DNA of 64,000 nt from an uncultured archaeon (GCA_964589775.1 CAZPUN010000013.1:3863-67862), one strand, 5' to 3'; shown: positions 10,570-21,739, counted from the stretch's first letter. Numbers and translations: made by a program. Notes: generated from the letters alone by a model not told the origin.

Positions 10570-11256
10570 GTGAATAAAATGTTAAGGAAAACACTTCCTG
10601 CAATATTTAAAATAATAAAAGATCCAAATGTTCATATTATTGAAATATATGGAGAAGCAGCATCAGGAAAAACCACTCTAGCTATCCAAATCGCAACAGA
10701 TTACATTTGGAACGATAAAAATGTAATATATATATGTACAGAAATACCATTACCTTTAGAAAGATTTCAACAAATTTCAGGTAAAAATGCAACATCATAC
10801 AAAAATTTAGAATTAATTTCAATTAATTCATTTAATCAACAGATTAAAATTATAGATAATTTATATGAACTATCTTTAAAAATGCCGGACTTGTTAATTT
10901 TTGATACTATTTCAAGATTATATAGATTAGAGCTTGAAGAGGAAAAGAAGAATTATCTTTTAAATAGAGAATTAAACAGGCAAATTGCTTTATTAAAATA
11001 CTATGCAACTCGATATGATTTTAAAATAATATTAACAAATCAAGTACATGCAAATATTCGATCAAAAACTGACACAGAACCTGTCGCAAAAACAGTCGTT
11101 GATTTTTGGGCAGATATAATTATAAAAACAAAAAAAACGGGACATTTAGGAAAAAGAAAAATGATGATTATTAACCCCGAAATTGATGAAACAAAAGAAT
11201 TTTTATTAGATTTATATCATCGTGGTTTTCAAGAAGTAAAGGAGGATTTTTCTTGA
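10570..11256 (+). CDS. radB: RadA paralog (RadB-like recombinase ATPase)
   Basis: 228 aa. Walker A GEAASGKTTLAIQIA and Walker B LLIFDTIS. No N-terminal HhH domain. Confidence 0.7.
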   Translation: MNKMLRKTLPAIFKIIKDPNVHIIEIYGEAASGKTTLAIQIATDYIWNDKNVIYICTEIPLPLERFQQISGKNATSYKNLELISINSFNQQIKIIDNLYELSLKMPDLLIFDTISRLYRLELEEEKKNYLLNRELNRQIALLKYYATRYDFKIILTNQVHANIRSKTDTEPVAKTVVDFWADIIIKTKKTGHLGKRKMMIINPEIDETKEFLLDLYHRGFQEVKEDFS

Positions 11257-11492
11257 CCGAAAAACTATCTGCAAATGAAATTTGTATAGTCGAAATTTTA
11301 AAAAAATATGGTGAATTAACAACCGGAGAAATTATAGAATTTGCACAGACAGATGAGTTCCAGGAATACTGTATAAGTTGTGAAGGTGGAGATGCGTTTA
11401 TTCGAGCCATAAATAAGCTCTATGAGAAAGGATTAGTAGAAAAAAGATTTGATAAAGGATATATATGGAAGTTAAAGGGGGAAATTAAATAA
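11253..11492 (+). CDS. small winged-helix-like protein
   Basis: 79 aa. TTG start after AAGGAGG. Overlaps radB by 4 nt and the next gene by 1 nt. Confidence 0.35.
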   Translation: MTEKLSANEICIVEILKKYGELTTGEIIEFAQTDEFQEYCISCEGGDAFIRAINKLYEKGLVEKRFDKGYIWKLKGEIK

Positions 11493-12727
11493 TGCTTGAT
11501 GTTGAAAAGATTAGAGAAGATTTTCCAGTTCTAAAAAGAAAAATACGAAACAAACCGATTATATATTTAGATAATTCATGTATGGCATTAAAACCAAAGC
11601 AAGTTATTGAAGCTATGAATAAATATTATTACGAATTTCCAGCATGTGGTGGAAGATCAATTCATACTTTGGGAGAAGAAGTATCAGAATCTTATGAGAA
11701 GGCGCGAGAAAGTTTTGCAAAATTCATTGGCGCAACCCACAACGAAATTATTTGGACACGAAATGCTACAGAATCAATTAATCTGGTAGCAAATGCATTA
11801 GATTTCAAAAAGGGACAAAAGATAGTATCTACAACTTTAGAACATCACAGTGGAGTATTACCATTTTATAAATTACAAAAAACAAAAGGAGTAAAACTTG
11901 AATTAGTACGCGCACAACCGGACGGAACATTTGATATTTCAGATTGGGAAAAAGCCATCGATGAAAATACAAGATTAGTTTCTGTTGTACATGCATCAAA
12001 TGTTACTGGAACAGTTGCACCCCTTGAGGAGATCATAAAAATAGCACATGAACATAATGCACTTGTTCTTTCAGATGATGCACAATTCGCACCACATCAT
12101 CCAATGGATGTTAAAAAATCAGATGTTGACTTTTCAGCAATTTCAATTCATAAAATGTTAGGTCCATCAGGTATGGGCGCATTATATGGAAAAAGAAAAT
12201 TACTTGAGGAAATGGATACATTTCTTGTTGGAGGAGATACAATAAGCGATGTAAAACTAATTGATAATAATCAGTTGGAAGTCAAATTCTTACCACCACC
12301 TGAAAAATATGAAGCAGGATTACAAAATTATGCAGGCGTGATTGGAGCAGGTGCTGCTGCAGAATATCTTATGAAAATAGGTGTGAAGAATATTGAAGAA
12401 TGGGAACAAAAACTAGCTAGACTCCTTGCTGACGAATTACAAAAAATTGATAAAATCCACATAATTGGACCAACAGATGAAAGAAGACAGGCAGGTTTAG
12501 TTACTTTTACAGTTGATGGCATAACATCAGCACATGATGTTGCAATGTATCTTGATCAAGAATACAATATAATGGTTAGGTCAGGAGCACATTGTGTGAA
12601 TCCATTCCATTATCAAATTGGCATAAAACCTGCAAAAGGTACAACAAGAGCTTCAGCATATCTATACAATACAGAAGATGAAATTTATACATTAGTTAAT
12701 GCATTAAAGAAGTTAGTGGGAGAATAG
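11492..12727 (+). CDS. sufS: cysteine desulfurase (class V aminotransferase, SufS/CsdA-like)
   Basis: PLP-lysine motif SIHKMLGPSGMGALYG and active-site Cys in RSGAHCVNPF. Confidence 0.8.
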   Translation: MLDVEKIREDFPVLKRKIRNKPIIYLDNSCMALKPKQVIEAMNKYYYEFPACGGRSIHTLGEEVSESYEKARESFAKFIGATHNEIIWTRNATESINLVANALDFKKGQKIVSTTLEHHSGVLPFYKLQKTKGVKLELVRAQPDGTFDISDWEKAIDENTRLVSVVHASNVTGTVAPLEEIIKIAHEHNALVLSDDAQFAPHHPMDVKKSDVDFSAISIHKMLGPSGMGALYGKRKLLEEMDTFLVGGDTISDVKLIDNNQLEVKFLPPPEKYEAGLQNYAGVIGAGAAAEYLMKIGVKNIEEWEQKLARLLADELQKIDKIHIIGPTDERRQAGLVTFTVDGITSAHDVAMYLDQEYNIMVRSGAHCVNPFHYQIGIKPAKGTTRASAYLYNTEDEIYTLVNALKKLVGE

Positions 12728-12732
12728 TTAAT

Positions 12733-14487
12733 TTAATTCCCACTCAAATTTTTTACCTTTTCTAAAACAAATTTTGTTCTTTTAATTGGATCCGTAAATT
12801 CAATACTACGAGATATTATTTCTAAACGGTCGTTAAATTCACTTCGAGTTACTTTTCCACGTACAGTAATTACTTGGCCTAAAATGTTACCCAAATTTTC
12901 TGTAATAGGAGCTTCATCTCTGCCGGTTTTATTTACAAGATCTAATGCTTCTTCAGGTGTCATTCCTAATAGCGATTCTGCAGCATCATCTACAAGAGTT
13001 ATTCGCATACTTCCACTGCCATCGTCAATTTGAACACTAAAAATCAATTTCGGAACAGCTTTATCTAATTCACCACACACTTTACATACAGGCTTGTTGC
13101 CCATCCAAGTCACTTTTCGCATACAATTAGGACAAGCTTCATAAACGGGTTTTCTCTCAGATACTTGTACAATAATTCCGGATACTTCGACAAACATTCC
13201 TTCTTCTAATTCATCAATCATATAGCTCCGATAATTTCCAAATTTTGGAATTTCTGTAATTACATCAATTTCGCTAAGACGTGATTCTTCAGGATTAATT
13301 AGTATTATTGCTTTTCTACCAACATGAATGTCAATAAAATCTTCGGTTCCATCTTTAGTATACGCATGTTCGATTCTAATAATATCACCTTCAGAAATAT
13401 CATTAATTTTCTCAACTTGTTCATCCCAAAAGACAACTCTACGAGATGCAAATTCATCTGCAATTGTAATATTTCTAACCTTTCCAAGACTTCCATCAGA
13501 TCTAGAAAATTCACGAACATCGGATACTTGAATCACTTTTCCTTCTACCGTAATATCAAATTGTCTAGGATGAATTTCAGACAAATTTTCAACAACTACA
13601 GATTTTTGTATAAAATCAGTATTTTTACCTATAATATTAACATCTGATTTTGAACTTGTATGGAGTTCGACTCCACGGTCTGAGGATTTTGTATAAATAT
13701 TGGTTACTTCAATTTCGGTCCCTTCGTCTAATTTATCAAAAACATCAACCAAGTTGTTCCAAAAGCTAATTCGCGCTGAACCGGTTGAATCACCAATTAT
13801 TGCACTAAATACACGTCCAGGTGTACCATCTTTACGAGTAAATTCAACAGGTTCATATTTTCTAATTATAACGCCTTTAATAGTAATATTATACAAGCCG
13901 GGAGTTAAACTTGCAATTTCTGATATTGTGTTTTCAATAGAAACACCATCATATTTTGAAGATTCAACATCTGGTGGATTTATAATAATTTTTCCACGCT
14001 TTCCTAAATTAACTTCAATATCTCCAAATCGACCTAGTTTTGAATAGCCACCTAAAATTCTAATAATGTCACCAACATTAAGATGCCCATCAGATACTGC
14101 AGTAGTATGATTGTCCCATAAAACAATACGAATCGTTCCAGATTCATCACCAACCAATAAATTGGTAACGTAACCGATACTGCCATCAGATCTTTTAAAT
14201 GAACGAACATCGCTAATAGACAGTACTTTACCTTCTAATACAACATTATTCATACCTTCAACAATATCTGAAATTTTTATTGAGGATGGTGTGAAAGAAA
14301 TTGGTTTAATTTTTACATTAAATTGCTTTGCAACTAATAGCGCCGCGCTTCGTTCAGTAATATTTGATTCACCGAATAATTCACGTTGACGCTTTATTAA
14401 TTCTTGAATCTCACTACGCGTCATACCCGTAGAATCAATTATTAAATTAATTATTTCTTCAACGGTCATTTTGGACAATATGAACAT
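12733..14487 (-). CDS. rpa: replication protein A (multi-OB-fold ssDNA-binding protein) with zinc ribbon
   Basis: 584 aa. Repeated OB-fold-like segments and CPNCMRKV...CKVCG. Confidence 0.7.
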   Translation of the reverse strand: MFILSKMTVEEIINLIIDSTGMTRSEIQELIKRQRELFGESNITERSAALLVAKQFNVKIKPISFTPSSIKISDIVEGMNNVVLEGKVLSISDVRSFKRSDGSIGYVTNLLVGDESGTIRIVLWDNHTTAVSDGHLNVGDIIRILGGYSKLGRFGDIEVNLGKRGKIIINPPDVESSKYDGVSIENTISEIASLTPGLYNITIKGVIIRKYEPVEFTRKDGTPGRVFSAIIGDSTGSARISFWNNLVDVFDKLDEGTEIEVTNIYTKSSDRGVELHTSSKSDVNIIGKNTDFIQKSVVVENLSEIHPRQFDITVEGKVIQVSDVREFSRSDGSLGKVRNITIADEFASRRVVFWDEQVEKINDISEGDIIRIEHAYTKDGTEDFIDIHVGRKAIILINPEESRLSEIDVITEIPKFGNYRSYMIDELEEGMFVEVSGIIVQVSERKPVYEACPNCMRKVTWMGNKPVCKVCGELDKAVPKLIFSVQIDDGSGSMRITLVDDAAESLLGMTPEEALDLVNKTGRDEAPITENLGNILGQVITVRGKVTRSEFNDRLEIISRSIEFTDPIKRTKFVLEKVKNLSGN

Positions 14488-14593
14488 ACTCCCTTAAAGG
14501 TAATAATCAAATACAAGTATCATAAGAGTTATACTTAAACTAAACTAATTATTATAAAAATCATCAATATATAAATGCTAAGGCAGTGATGAA

Positions 14594-17500
14594 ATGCTAA
14601 TCACAAGCAAAAGCACCCAACAATATTTCGACAGCATCAATAAGGAAGTTGAAAAATTATATACAATAGCGAAAGAAGCACGAAAAAAGGGATTAGATCC
14701 AGTATCAGATGTCGAAATTCCACCAGCTCATGATGTGGCAGCAAGAGTTGAAGGATTACTTGGTCCAAAGGGTGTTGCTAAACGAATAAGAGAACTAAGT
14801 GAAACGTTGGAAAAAGAACCAGTCGCATTTAAAATCGCGGAAGAAATTGTTACAGGAAAAATTGGTAAATTTAAAAATGAAGAAGAAGCAGCAGACAAAG
14901 CAGTTAGAGTTGCCTTAGCTATTTTAACAGAATCAATTACAGCTGCGCCATTAGAAGGAATCGATAAAGTAATTATACGAAATAATTTTGATAATTCAAA
15001 ATACTTAGCATTATATTTAGCAGGTCCTATAAGAGCTGCAGGGGGAACTGAAGCAGCAGTTACAGTATTAATTGCAGATCATGTACGACGATGCATGAAT
15101 TTAAGTGAATATAAAATTACAGACGATGAAGTTGAGCGTTATGTTGAAGAAGTTGAATTATATGCAAGAAATGTCCATTTGCAATATCCAGTAGTGCCAG
15201 ATAAAATTAGATTTGCAGTAAGGCATTTGCCAATTGAAATTACGGGGGAAGCAACTGAAAAAATCGAAGTATCAGGTTATCGTAATTTAGAAAGAGTTCC
15301 TACAAACCAAATTAGAGGCGGAGCTGTCTTAGTCCTTAATGATGGGATTGTAGGTAGAGCCCATAAACTGTTAGCTGTTGTTGAAAAAGCCAAAATAAAA
15401 GGATGGGAATGGCTATCAGAAATTTCTACAAAAACAGATAAAAACAAAAAAGTTGATACAAAAATTGAAGCAAAATGGGGATATTTAGAGGACGTAATAG
15501 CGGGAAGACCTGTATTTTCATTTCCAATGAGGAGAGGTGGGTTTAGATTAAGATATGGTAGGTCAAGAAATACGGGATTAGCAGGTGTTGGCATACATCC
15601 CGCAACCATGATCGTTGTTGATGAATTTTTGGCACCAGGAACACATATTAGAACTGAAAGACCCGGTAAGGGATCAATTGTAGCTCCTGTTGATTCATTA
15701 GAAGGCCCTATTGTGAAATTAAAAGACGGCTCAGTAATTAAATTAGAAACAATTAATGACGCTCAAAAAATTAAAAATAGTATTTCAGAGATATTGTACA
15801 TGGGCGATATTCTTATAGCTTTTGGGGAATTTTTAGAAAATAATCATGTATTAGTGCCTTCGGGATATGTAGAAGAATGGTGGTCTCAAGAGCTTGATTT
15901 AATATTAAACCGATTAAAGAGTCAATTAGATCCAGAAGAATATAATAAATATAAAAAATTTACAACAGATCCGTTTGAAATTAAGCCAGATCCCTTTGAG
16001 GCTCTTGAGATTTCATTAAAATTCGAAATACCACTTCATCCAAAATATAACTATTTTTGGAATGAAATAACAATTGAACAATTAAAGGACCTTGTAAAGT
16101 ATATAAACTCGGGAAAATATGATGAGTATAAAGATATCTTAACGATAGAAAATAATAATAAAGTAAAAGAAATACTAGAGATTTTGGGAATTCCGCATAA
16201 ACTGTCAAATAATGAAATAAATATTTTCCAAGGAATTATTCTAAAAACATTATTGGAATTTAACAATAAATCTGAATTTCCCGACTGTAATGATGTTTTT
16301 GATTGTATTAAGAAAATATCAAATATTAAAATACGAAATAAGGCTCCAATTTTCATAGGCGCAAGAATGGGAAGACCTGAAAAGGCAAAAGCACGAAAAA
16401 TGTCACCGCCAGTCCATGTTTTATTTCCAATTGGAAGATATGGAGGACAATCAAGAAGCATAAAGAAAGCATCAAAAAGCGAAAAGATCTCAGTAGAAAT
16501 TAGTTATCGTATATGCCCAAAATGTAGAACTGAAACATATCTTCCAAAATGCCCAATATGTGGTGAAGAAACAATATTTGGTAAATATTGCTCAAAATGT
16601 AATATATCAAGTAAAACTGACAAATGCCCAAAATGTGGTGGAAATACCCAATCTTACAAAACATGGACAATTGATTTTAATTCTACATATAAGAACGCAG
16701 CAGCTAAATTAGGCCTTAATGGGATGGATGCAAAAGGAGTAATTGGATTAACTAGTAAACAAAAAGTTCCAGAAATATTGGAAAAAGGATTACTTCGATC
16801 GAAAAATAATGTGTTTGTTTATAGGGATGGAACGTGTAGATTTGATATGACAGATACACCATTAACTCATTTTACACCAAAAGAAGTTGGAGTCTCTATT
16901 GAAAAACTTTTGGCTTTAGGTTACACTCATGATTACTTAGGAAATCCTCTGACTGATGAAAATCAAGTTTTAGAACTTAAAGTTCAAGATATAATCATTC
17001 CATATGATGCAGCAGATTATATGATCAACGTAGGTAATTTCATTGATGATGAACTAGAGAAAATATATGGAATGAAACGTTATTATAATTTTAGAAGAAG
17101 AGAGGATGTTATTGGACATTTGGTTATTGGACTTGCACCACATACTTCAGCAGGCATGATCGGTCGTATCATTGGATTTACAACAACAAAAGGATGTTTA
17201 GCTCACCCGTTCTGGCATGCTAGTAAAAGAAGAAATTGCGATGGTGATGAAGATGCTATAATTTTAGTATTGGATGCTTTAATCAATTTCTCAAGATATT
17301 ATTTGCCAGCTCAACGAGGTGGATTTATGGATGCACCTTTAGTATTATCAATTCTATTAGATCCTGCAGAAGTAGATGATGAATCACATAATATGGAAGT
17401 AGTAGGTATGCTTCCACTTGAATTTTATGAGAAAACTCAAGAAATAATACATCCTAAAAAAATCAAATCCATAATAGATATATTAGAACACAGAATTGGA

Positions 17501-17989
17501 AAACCCGAACAATATGAGGGATTCAAATTTAGCCATCCGACTTCAAATATAAATCAAGGACCAAAACTAACAAAATATAAAACCTTAGAAACAATGGCAG
17601 ACAAAGTAGAGGCGCAATTATTATTAGCCCAAATGATACGGGCAGTCGATGCAAAGAGTGTTGCACAACAAATAATATCACATCATCTCATACGCGATAT
17701 ACTAGGCAATCTACGAGCATTTACAACACAAAGATTTAGATGTATAAAATGCGGAAAAACATATCGTCGGTTACCATTAACAAAAACATGTCCAAAATGT
17801 GGAGGTAAAGTAAATCTTACAGTCTATCAAAAGAGTGTCGAAAAATATTTAGAAATTGCAAGGATTTTGACAGACAGATTTGATTTGGATCAATATCAAA
17901 AAACACGAATTGAAACCATAAGACTTGCAATCGAGGCTACATTTGAGAATGGAAAGACAAAACAAGTTACATTAAGTGATTTTCTATAA
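14594..17989 (+). CDS. dp2: DNA polymerase D large subunit (DP2)
   Basis: 1131 aa. Two Cys clusters (CPKCRTETYLPKCPICG; CIKCGKTYRRLPLTKTCPKCGG) and conserved DP2 architecture. Confidence 0.9.
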   Translation: MLITSKSTQQYFDSINKEVEKLYTIAKEARKKGLDPVSDVEIPPAHDVAARVEGLLGPKGVAKRIRELSETLEKEPVAFKIAEEIVTGKIGKFKNEEEAADKAVRVALAILTESITAAPLEGIDKVIIRNNFDNSKYLALYLAGPIRAAGGTEAAVTVLIADHVRRCMNLSEYKITDDEVERYVEEVELYARNVHLQYPVVPDKIRFAVRHLPIEITGEATEKIEVSGYRNLERVPTNQIRGGAVLVLNDGIVGRAHKLLAVVEKAKIKGWEWLSEISTKTDKNKKVDTKIEAKWGYLEDVIAGRPVFSFPMRRGGFRLRYGRSRNTGLAGVGIHPATMIVVDEFLAPGTHIRTERPGKGSIVAPVDSLEGPIVKLKDGSVIKLETINDAQKIKNSISEILYMGDILIAFGEFLENNHVLVPSGYVEEWWSQELDLILNRLKSQLDPEEYNKYKKFTTDPFEIKPDPFEALEISLKFEIPLHPKYNYFWNEITIEQLKDLVKYINSGKYDEYKDILTIENNNKVKEILEILGIPHKLSNNEINIFQGIILKTLLEFNNKSEFPDCNDVFDCIKKISNIKIRNKAPIFIGARMGRPEKAKARKMSPPVHVLFPIGRYGGQSRSIKKASKSEKISVEISYRICPKCRTETYLPKCPICGEETIFGKYCSKCNISSKTDKCPKCGGNTQSYKTWTIDFNSTYKNAAAKLGLNGMDAKGVIGLTSKQKVPEILEKGLLRSKNNVFVYRDGTCRFDMTDTPLTHFTPKEVGVSIEKLLALGYTHDYLGNPLTDENQVLELKVQDIIIPYDAADYMINVGNFIDDELEKIYGMKRYYNFRRREDVIGHLVIGLAPHTSAGMIGRIIGFTTTKGCLAHPFWHASKRRNCDGDEDAIILVLDALINFSRYYLPAQRGGFMDAPLVLSILLDPAEVDDESHNMEVVGMLPLEFYEKTQEIIHPKKIKSIIDILEHRIGKPEQYEGFKFSHPTSNINQGPKLTKYKTLETMADKVEAQLLLAQMIRAVDAKSVAQQIISHHLIRDILGNLRAFTTQRFRCIKCGKTYRRLPLTKTCPKCGGKVNLTVYQKSVEKYLEIARILTDRFDLDQYQKTRIETIRLAIEATFENGKTKQVTLSDFL

Positions 17990-18007
17990 AAAATAAAAAA
18001 TTGTAGA

Positions 18008-18847
18008 CTACAATATATTGACAATATGGCGCAGTATTTTTAAATCACTAATTAATCCAACCAAATTATCACCAGCATCAAGAACAGGAATTTGGTCCAC
18101 ATCATATTTTCGCATCTTCTTTATTACATCAACCAATGAAGTAAAGATTGTAACTGTAACAACATTCTTTACCATGACTTCCTCTAATAATTTATCAGGC
18201 AAAGTAATAATTTTCTTCGTGATATAATATACATCCGTTTTATCCCAACTCCAAGAAGTCTCAGGAGCTACAGTAGCATAATTGGACAAAGCCTCAGTAG
18301 ATAGATCAATCATTTTTATAAAATCGCTTGTTGAAATGAATCCAACAAGTTGACCGGAATCATTAATAACAGGAGCTGCATTTAATCCTGCAAATCTAAG
18401 TATGTACAAACACAATGAAACAGGAGTTTTTTCCCATAATACAAAAACATTTTTCTCAAATAAATCAGATATACCTTCTTCAGGATCTAATTTTCTAATT
18501 GCACTAGTAATAATATCAGATACAGTAATAATTCCGACAAGTTCATCGTTTTCAACAACAGGTAATCGGCGAACACCATGATTTATGATTTTAAGTGCAG
18601 CTTCTTTTACATCATCATCCGGATTAACAGTTATTGGATCACGAGTCATTAACATAGCTAATTGCTGTTCGTCAGCTTTAGATAATAAATCACTTTTAGT
18701 TACCATTCCAACCAATGTTTTTGTACCTTTTTTAACAACAGGAAGACCCATCTTTCCATGTTTATCCATAAGCTCAATAACATGTTCTCGAGATCCTGGT
18801 ACTTCTGCTACTATAACATCCTTTGACATAATATCTTTGACTTTCAT
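18008..18847 (-). CDS. CBS-domain protein (four CBS repeats)
   Basis: Four repeats of a hydrophobic-beta/GhhT/D/E pattern typical of CBS pairs. Confidence 0.7.
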   Translation of the reverse strand: MKVKDIMSKDVIVAEVPGSREHVIELMDKHGKMGLPVVKKGTKTLVGMVTKSDLLSKADEQQLAMLMTRDPITVNPDDDVKEAALKIINHGVRRLPVVENDELVGIITVSDIITSAIRKLDPEEGISDLFEKNVFVLWEKTPVSLCLYILRFAGLNAAPVINDSGQLVGFISTSDFIKMIDLSTEALSNYATVAPETSWSWDKTDVYYITKKIITLPDKLLEEVMVKNVVTVTIFTSLVDVIKKMRKYDVDQIPVLDAGDNLVGLISDLKILRHIVNIL

Positions 18848-18965
18848 TGTTTTGCCGACTCCATCGTGAACCTAATTATAAATAACGAGCAGTAAATTAA
18901 AGATTATTTAATATAAAATATAAAAAAAATCCTTAATAAACTTTCTAAAAAGTAAAAGGAAAAAT

Positions 18966-19604
18966 TCAATGTGGAACATTCTTCAACCCAATAAGAAAGC
19001 TAATAACATTAGCTAAGATATGTGCAATGAATGAGATAGAAATCAATAATATAACAAAGATAATGTTTGGGCGAATAACAGGTAATGCAAACAATATTGC
19101 AAATATGATGAAACCTATTTGATCCATACCTAAGAACATTTCACCACGTTCTAAGCCGCGTCTTCTTTTTATGAAAGACCCGAATAAATCCCCAAATAAC
19201 GCACCAAATGAAAGAAGAAATCCACGAAGAAGATCTGTATTAATGATTTCAAAAACATCAGGTGTAAGAATAGTATATTCTTGAATTAAATTCAATGTTT
19301 GTGGAATGAATAGTATTTGAATATAAGTTACGATCATACCTGAAACAATACCTGCAATAAATCCACGAATTGTTTTGCCATCACCTAAAATACGACGACC
19401 GTCACGAAATTTTTTCCCAAGATCAATTGGGGTGCCACCTCCAAAAATCAGGGGCATACCATTTGCAAACCAAGCAGGCAATCCAAGCCAAAGGGCAGTT
19501 CCAAGATAAAGTACGATTTGAATAAACATAGGATCATAAGCCATATTTAAGCACCATTTCAAAATGAAATCAAAATCATTTATATGAATAACGATTAATA
19601 ACAA
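18966..19604 (-). CDS. carS: CDP-archaeol synthase (DUF46)
   Basis: GGGTPIDLGKKFRDGRRILGDGKTIRGF matches the CarS signature. Multi-pass membrane protein. Probable start is the internal Met (MAYDPMF). Confidence 0.6.
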   Translation of the reverse strand: MLLIVIHINDFDFILKWCLNMAYDPMFIQIVLYLGTALWLGLPAWFANGMPLIFGGGTPIDLGKKFRDGRRILGDGKTIRGFIAGIVSGMIVTYIQILFIPQTLNLIQEYTILTPDVFEIINTDLLRGFLLSFGALFGDLFGSFIKRRRGLERGEMFLGMDQIGFIIFAILFALPVIRPNIIFVILLISISFIAHILANVISFLIGLKNVPH

Positions 19605-19664
19605 AGAATATTTATAGTTTTATAAAGAAATATTTGATAGTATGATTATGAGCTGGTGCAATAA

Positions 19665-19916
19665 ATGGGAAGACGAAAGAGACAAAAGGTACAGAAGCGT
19701 TATGTTAGAAAATTACCAACTGTATTTAACTGCCCTCACTGTGGTGAAACTTCAATAAAAATTGAAATAGACAAAAATAAAAATATAGCCCATTTGAGAT
19801 GCGGCCATTGTGGAATAGAATTTGTAGATGATAAAGTAACTGACTTGACAGAACCAGTAGACGTATATGCACATTTTATAGATGCATACCACAATGGAGA
19901 AATTGAAATTGAATAG
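19665..19916 (+). CDS. elf1: transcription elongation factor Elf1-like zinc-ribbon protein
   Basis: Basic N-terminus MGRRKRQKVQKRYVRKLPTVFNCPHCGE ... CGHCG, i.e. a C4 ribbon. Confidence 0.65.
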   Translation: MGRRKRQKVQKRYVRKLPTVFNCPHCGETSIKIEIDKNKNIAHLRCGHCGIEFVDDKVTDLTEPVDVYAHFIDAYHNGEIEIE

Positions 19917-19986
19917 ATAATAGGAAATATTAAAAACACATTTTTTTACACCAACATTAAATATTATAGAAAATCAATTAGTTTCG

Positions 19987-21072
19987 GTGGTTCAACATAT
20001 GAAACAAAAAATAACGATAATATTGATGATTATTGTACTTTCAGCTTCAATTTACACAATTCCATCATCCGCACAAACTATAGATCAAGTCACTGTTTTA
20101 ATAGATAAGACACACTTGGAAAAATATAGTTATGATACAAATCTAACCAAGGCAATTAATGCATTAAATCTATCGACCCACTTTTTGGTTAAAGTACTGG
20201 ATGATGGTGAAATAGATAATAATACATTAAATAATGTTGATATTCTTATGATTACCAGTCCTCAGCAAACACTTTCAGATAATGAGAGCCTTGCAATACA
20301 AGAGTTCCTGTCAAAAGGAGGAAGATTATTCTTATCAACAGATCCTCAAATTGGAGAAAATACTACATATGAACATAAATTAGGAAATCCAGAAGTATTT
20401 CAAAAGATTCTGGATTCGTTAAATATAACTCAAATTAAGATTTCAATGGACGTTAAGAGAAATAATGAAACTAATGAAATTACAGACATTTATGGAGACT
20501 CATTATTAGATATTGAACATTCGGTTGACGAAAATCATACATATTTAGTAAGACTCGATGCTTCAACATTTACAGTAGGACATACAATATCTCAAGGAAT
20601 TTCAGAAGTCTATACAATAACTGCGACATTTAAACCCACAAATACAAGCTTTGCAATAGGTAGAGGATATAACACATCATTTGCACAATACGTCGTGGAT
20701 AATAAATATAGAAATGCATCATTTCCAGCAATGAATTTTCAGACATATTATGATATAATGAATGAAACAGGTGTCCCACCATTTTCAGCAATTAACGGTA
20801 CAAGACCACCCTGGTTAATAGGAATACAAATGAATCAAAGTAAGATTGCCATTGTAGGCTCAACTATAATGTTTAGTGATGTCGAATGTGAAATTCTGAA
20901 TACCACATGGTTTGATACTGCAAATAATGCGCAATTATTTATGAACATCATGGAATGGTTAGGAGAAGATTTAATACAAACACCAACAGTTATTCCATAT
21001 ATTGCAGGCTTTTCTCTAGTAATGATGGTTATAGGACTATTAGTCTATCTAAGAGGTAAAAAAGAAGAATAG
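19987..21072 (+). CDS. secreted surface glycoprotein with a PGF-CTERM-like (AGF-TM-KK) sorting signal
   Basis: N-terminal signal peptide, more than 14 N-x-S/T sequons, and C-terminus PYIAGFSLVMMVIGLLVYLRGKKEE. Confidence 0.5.
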   Translation: MVQHMKQKITIILMIIVLSASIYTIPSSAQTIDQVTVLIDKTHLEKYSYDTNLTKAINALNLSTHFLVKVLDDGEIDNNTLNNVDILMITSPQQTLSDNESLAIQEFLSKGGRLFLSTDPQIGENTTYEHKLGNPEVFQKILDSLNITQIKISMDVKRNNETNEITDIYGDSLLDIEHSVDENHTYLVRLDASTFTVGHTISQGISEVYTITATFKPTNTSFAIGRGYNTSFAQYVVDNKYRNASFPAMNFQTYYDIMNETGVPPFSAINGTRPPWLIGIQMNQSKIAIVGSTIMFSDVECEILNTTWFDTANNAQLFMNIMEWLGEDLIQTPTVIPYIAGFSLVMMVIGLLVYLRGKKEE

Positions 21073-21079
21073 ATTACAA

Positions 21080-21706
21080 CTATTCTTTTCTTTTTTTATT
21101 TACAAATGAATCAATCAACATTTTTAATTCATAATAACCTTCTTTGGTCTTTGCTGAAAATGGAATTATCAAATGTGATCTAGGAACCCATCGTTCAAAC
21201 CCAAAAACCTTAGATACAAAATCTAATTGCTCAATACGCTCCTTTTTCCTTAATTTATCAATTTTATTCATAATAATAGATGTATATTTAGAAAAATTCC
21301 TCAAATAGTTAAAAAGCAATAAAGAAATAGGTTCAATATTTTTTGATTTTAGTTTTAAATAGATCTGCGGAAATGATGATATATCTTCGATGATAAATGA
21401 ATAAATTGCACATTCTTTATGACGGTCAATAAAATCAATGACGGTTTTTGAAATTTTAAATGAATCACTTCGCGAATGTTTAGCTGAAAAACCAATCCCA
21501 GGCATATCAATAATCCAGTAGGAGCCCATAAATATGGCGATTGGAATAACAGTAGTTCCAGATTTTTTACCAATACGAACTTTTTTCCCACTGATCAAAC
21601 GTATAATACTACTTTTACCAACATTGCTTCGACCTACAAATAAGATAAGTGGATACTCTGTTGAACGTAAATCGATTTCAGGTCCAAATAATATATCGTC
21701 TTTCAT
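21080..21706 (-). CDS. engB: GTP-binding protein EngB/YsxC
   Basis: G1 motif GRSNVGKSSIIRL and G3 IIDMPG. 208 aa. Confidence 0.8.
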   Translation of the reverse strand: MKDDILFGPEIDLRSTEYPLILFVGRSNVGKSSIIRLISGKKVRIGKKSGTTVIPIAIFMGSYWIIDMPGIGFSAKHSRSDSFKISKTVIDFIDRHKECAIYSFIIEDISSFPQIYLKLKSKNIEPISLLLFNYLRNFSKYTSIIMNKIDKLRKKERIEQLDFVSKVFGFERWVPRSHLIIPFSAKTKEGYYELKMLIDSFVNKKRKE

Positions 21707-21739
21707 AATAAGATATAGGTATAGAATAGTACAAATCTT

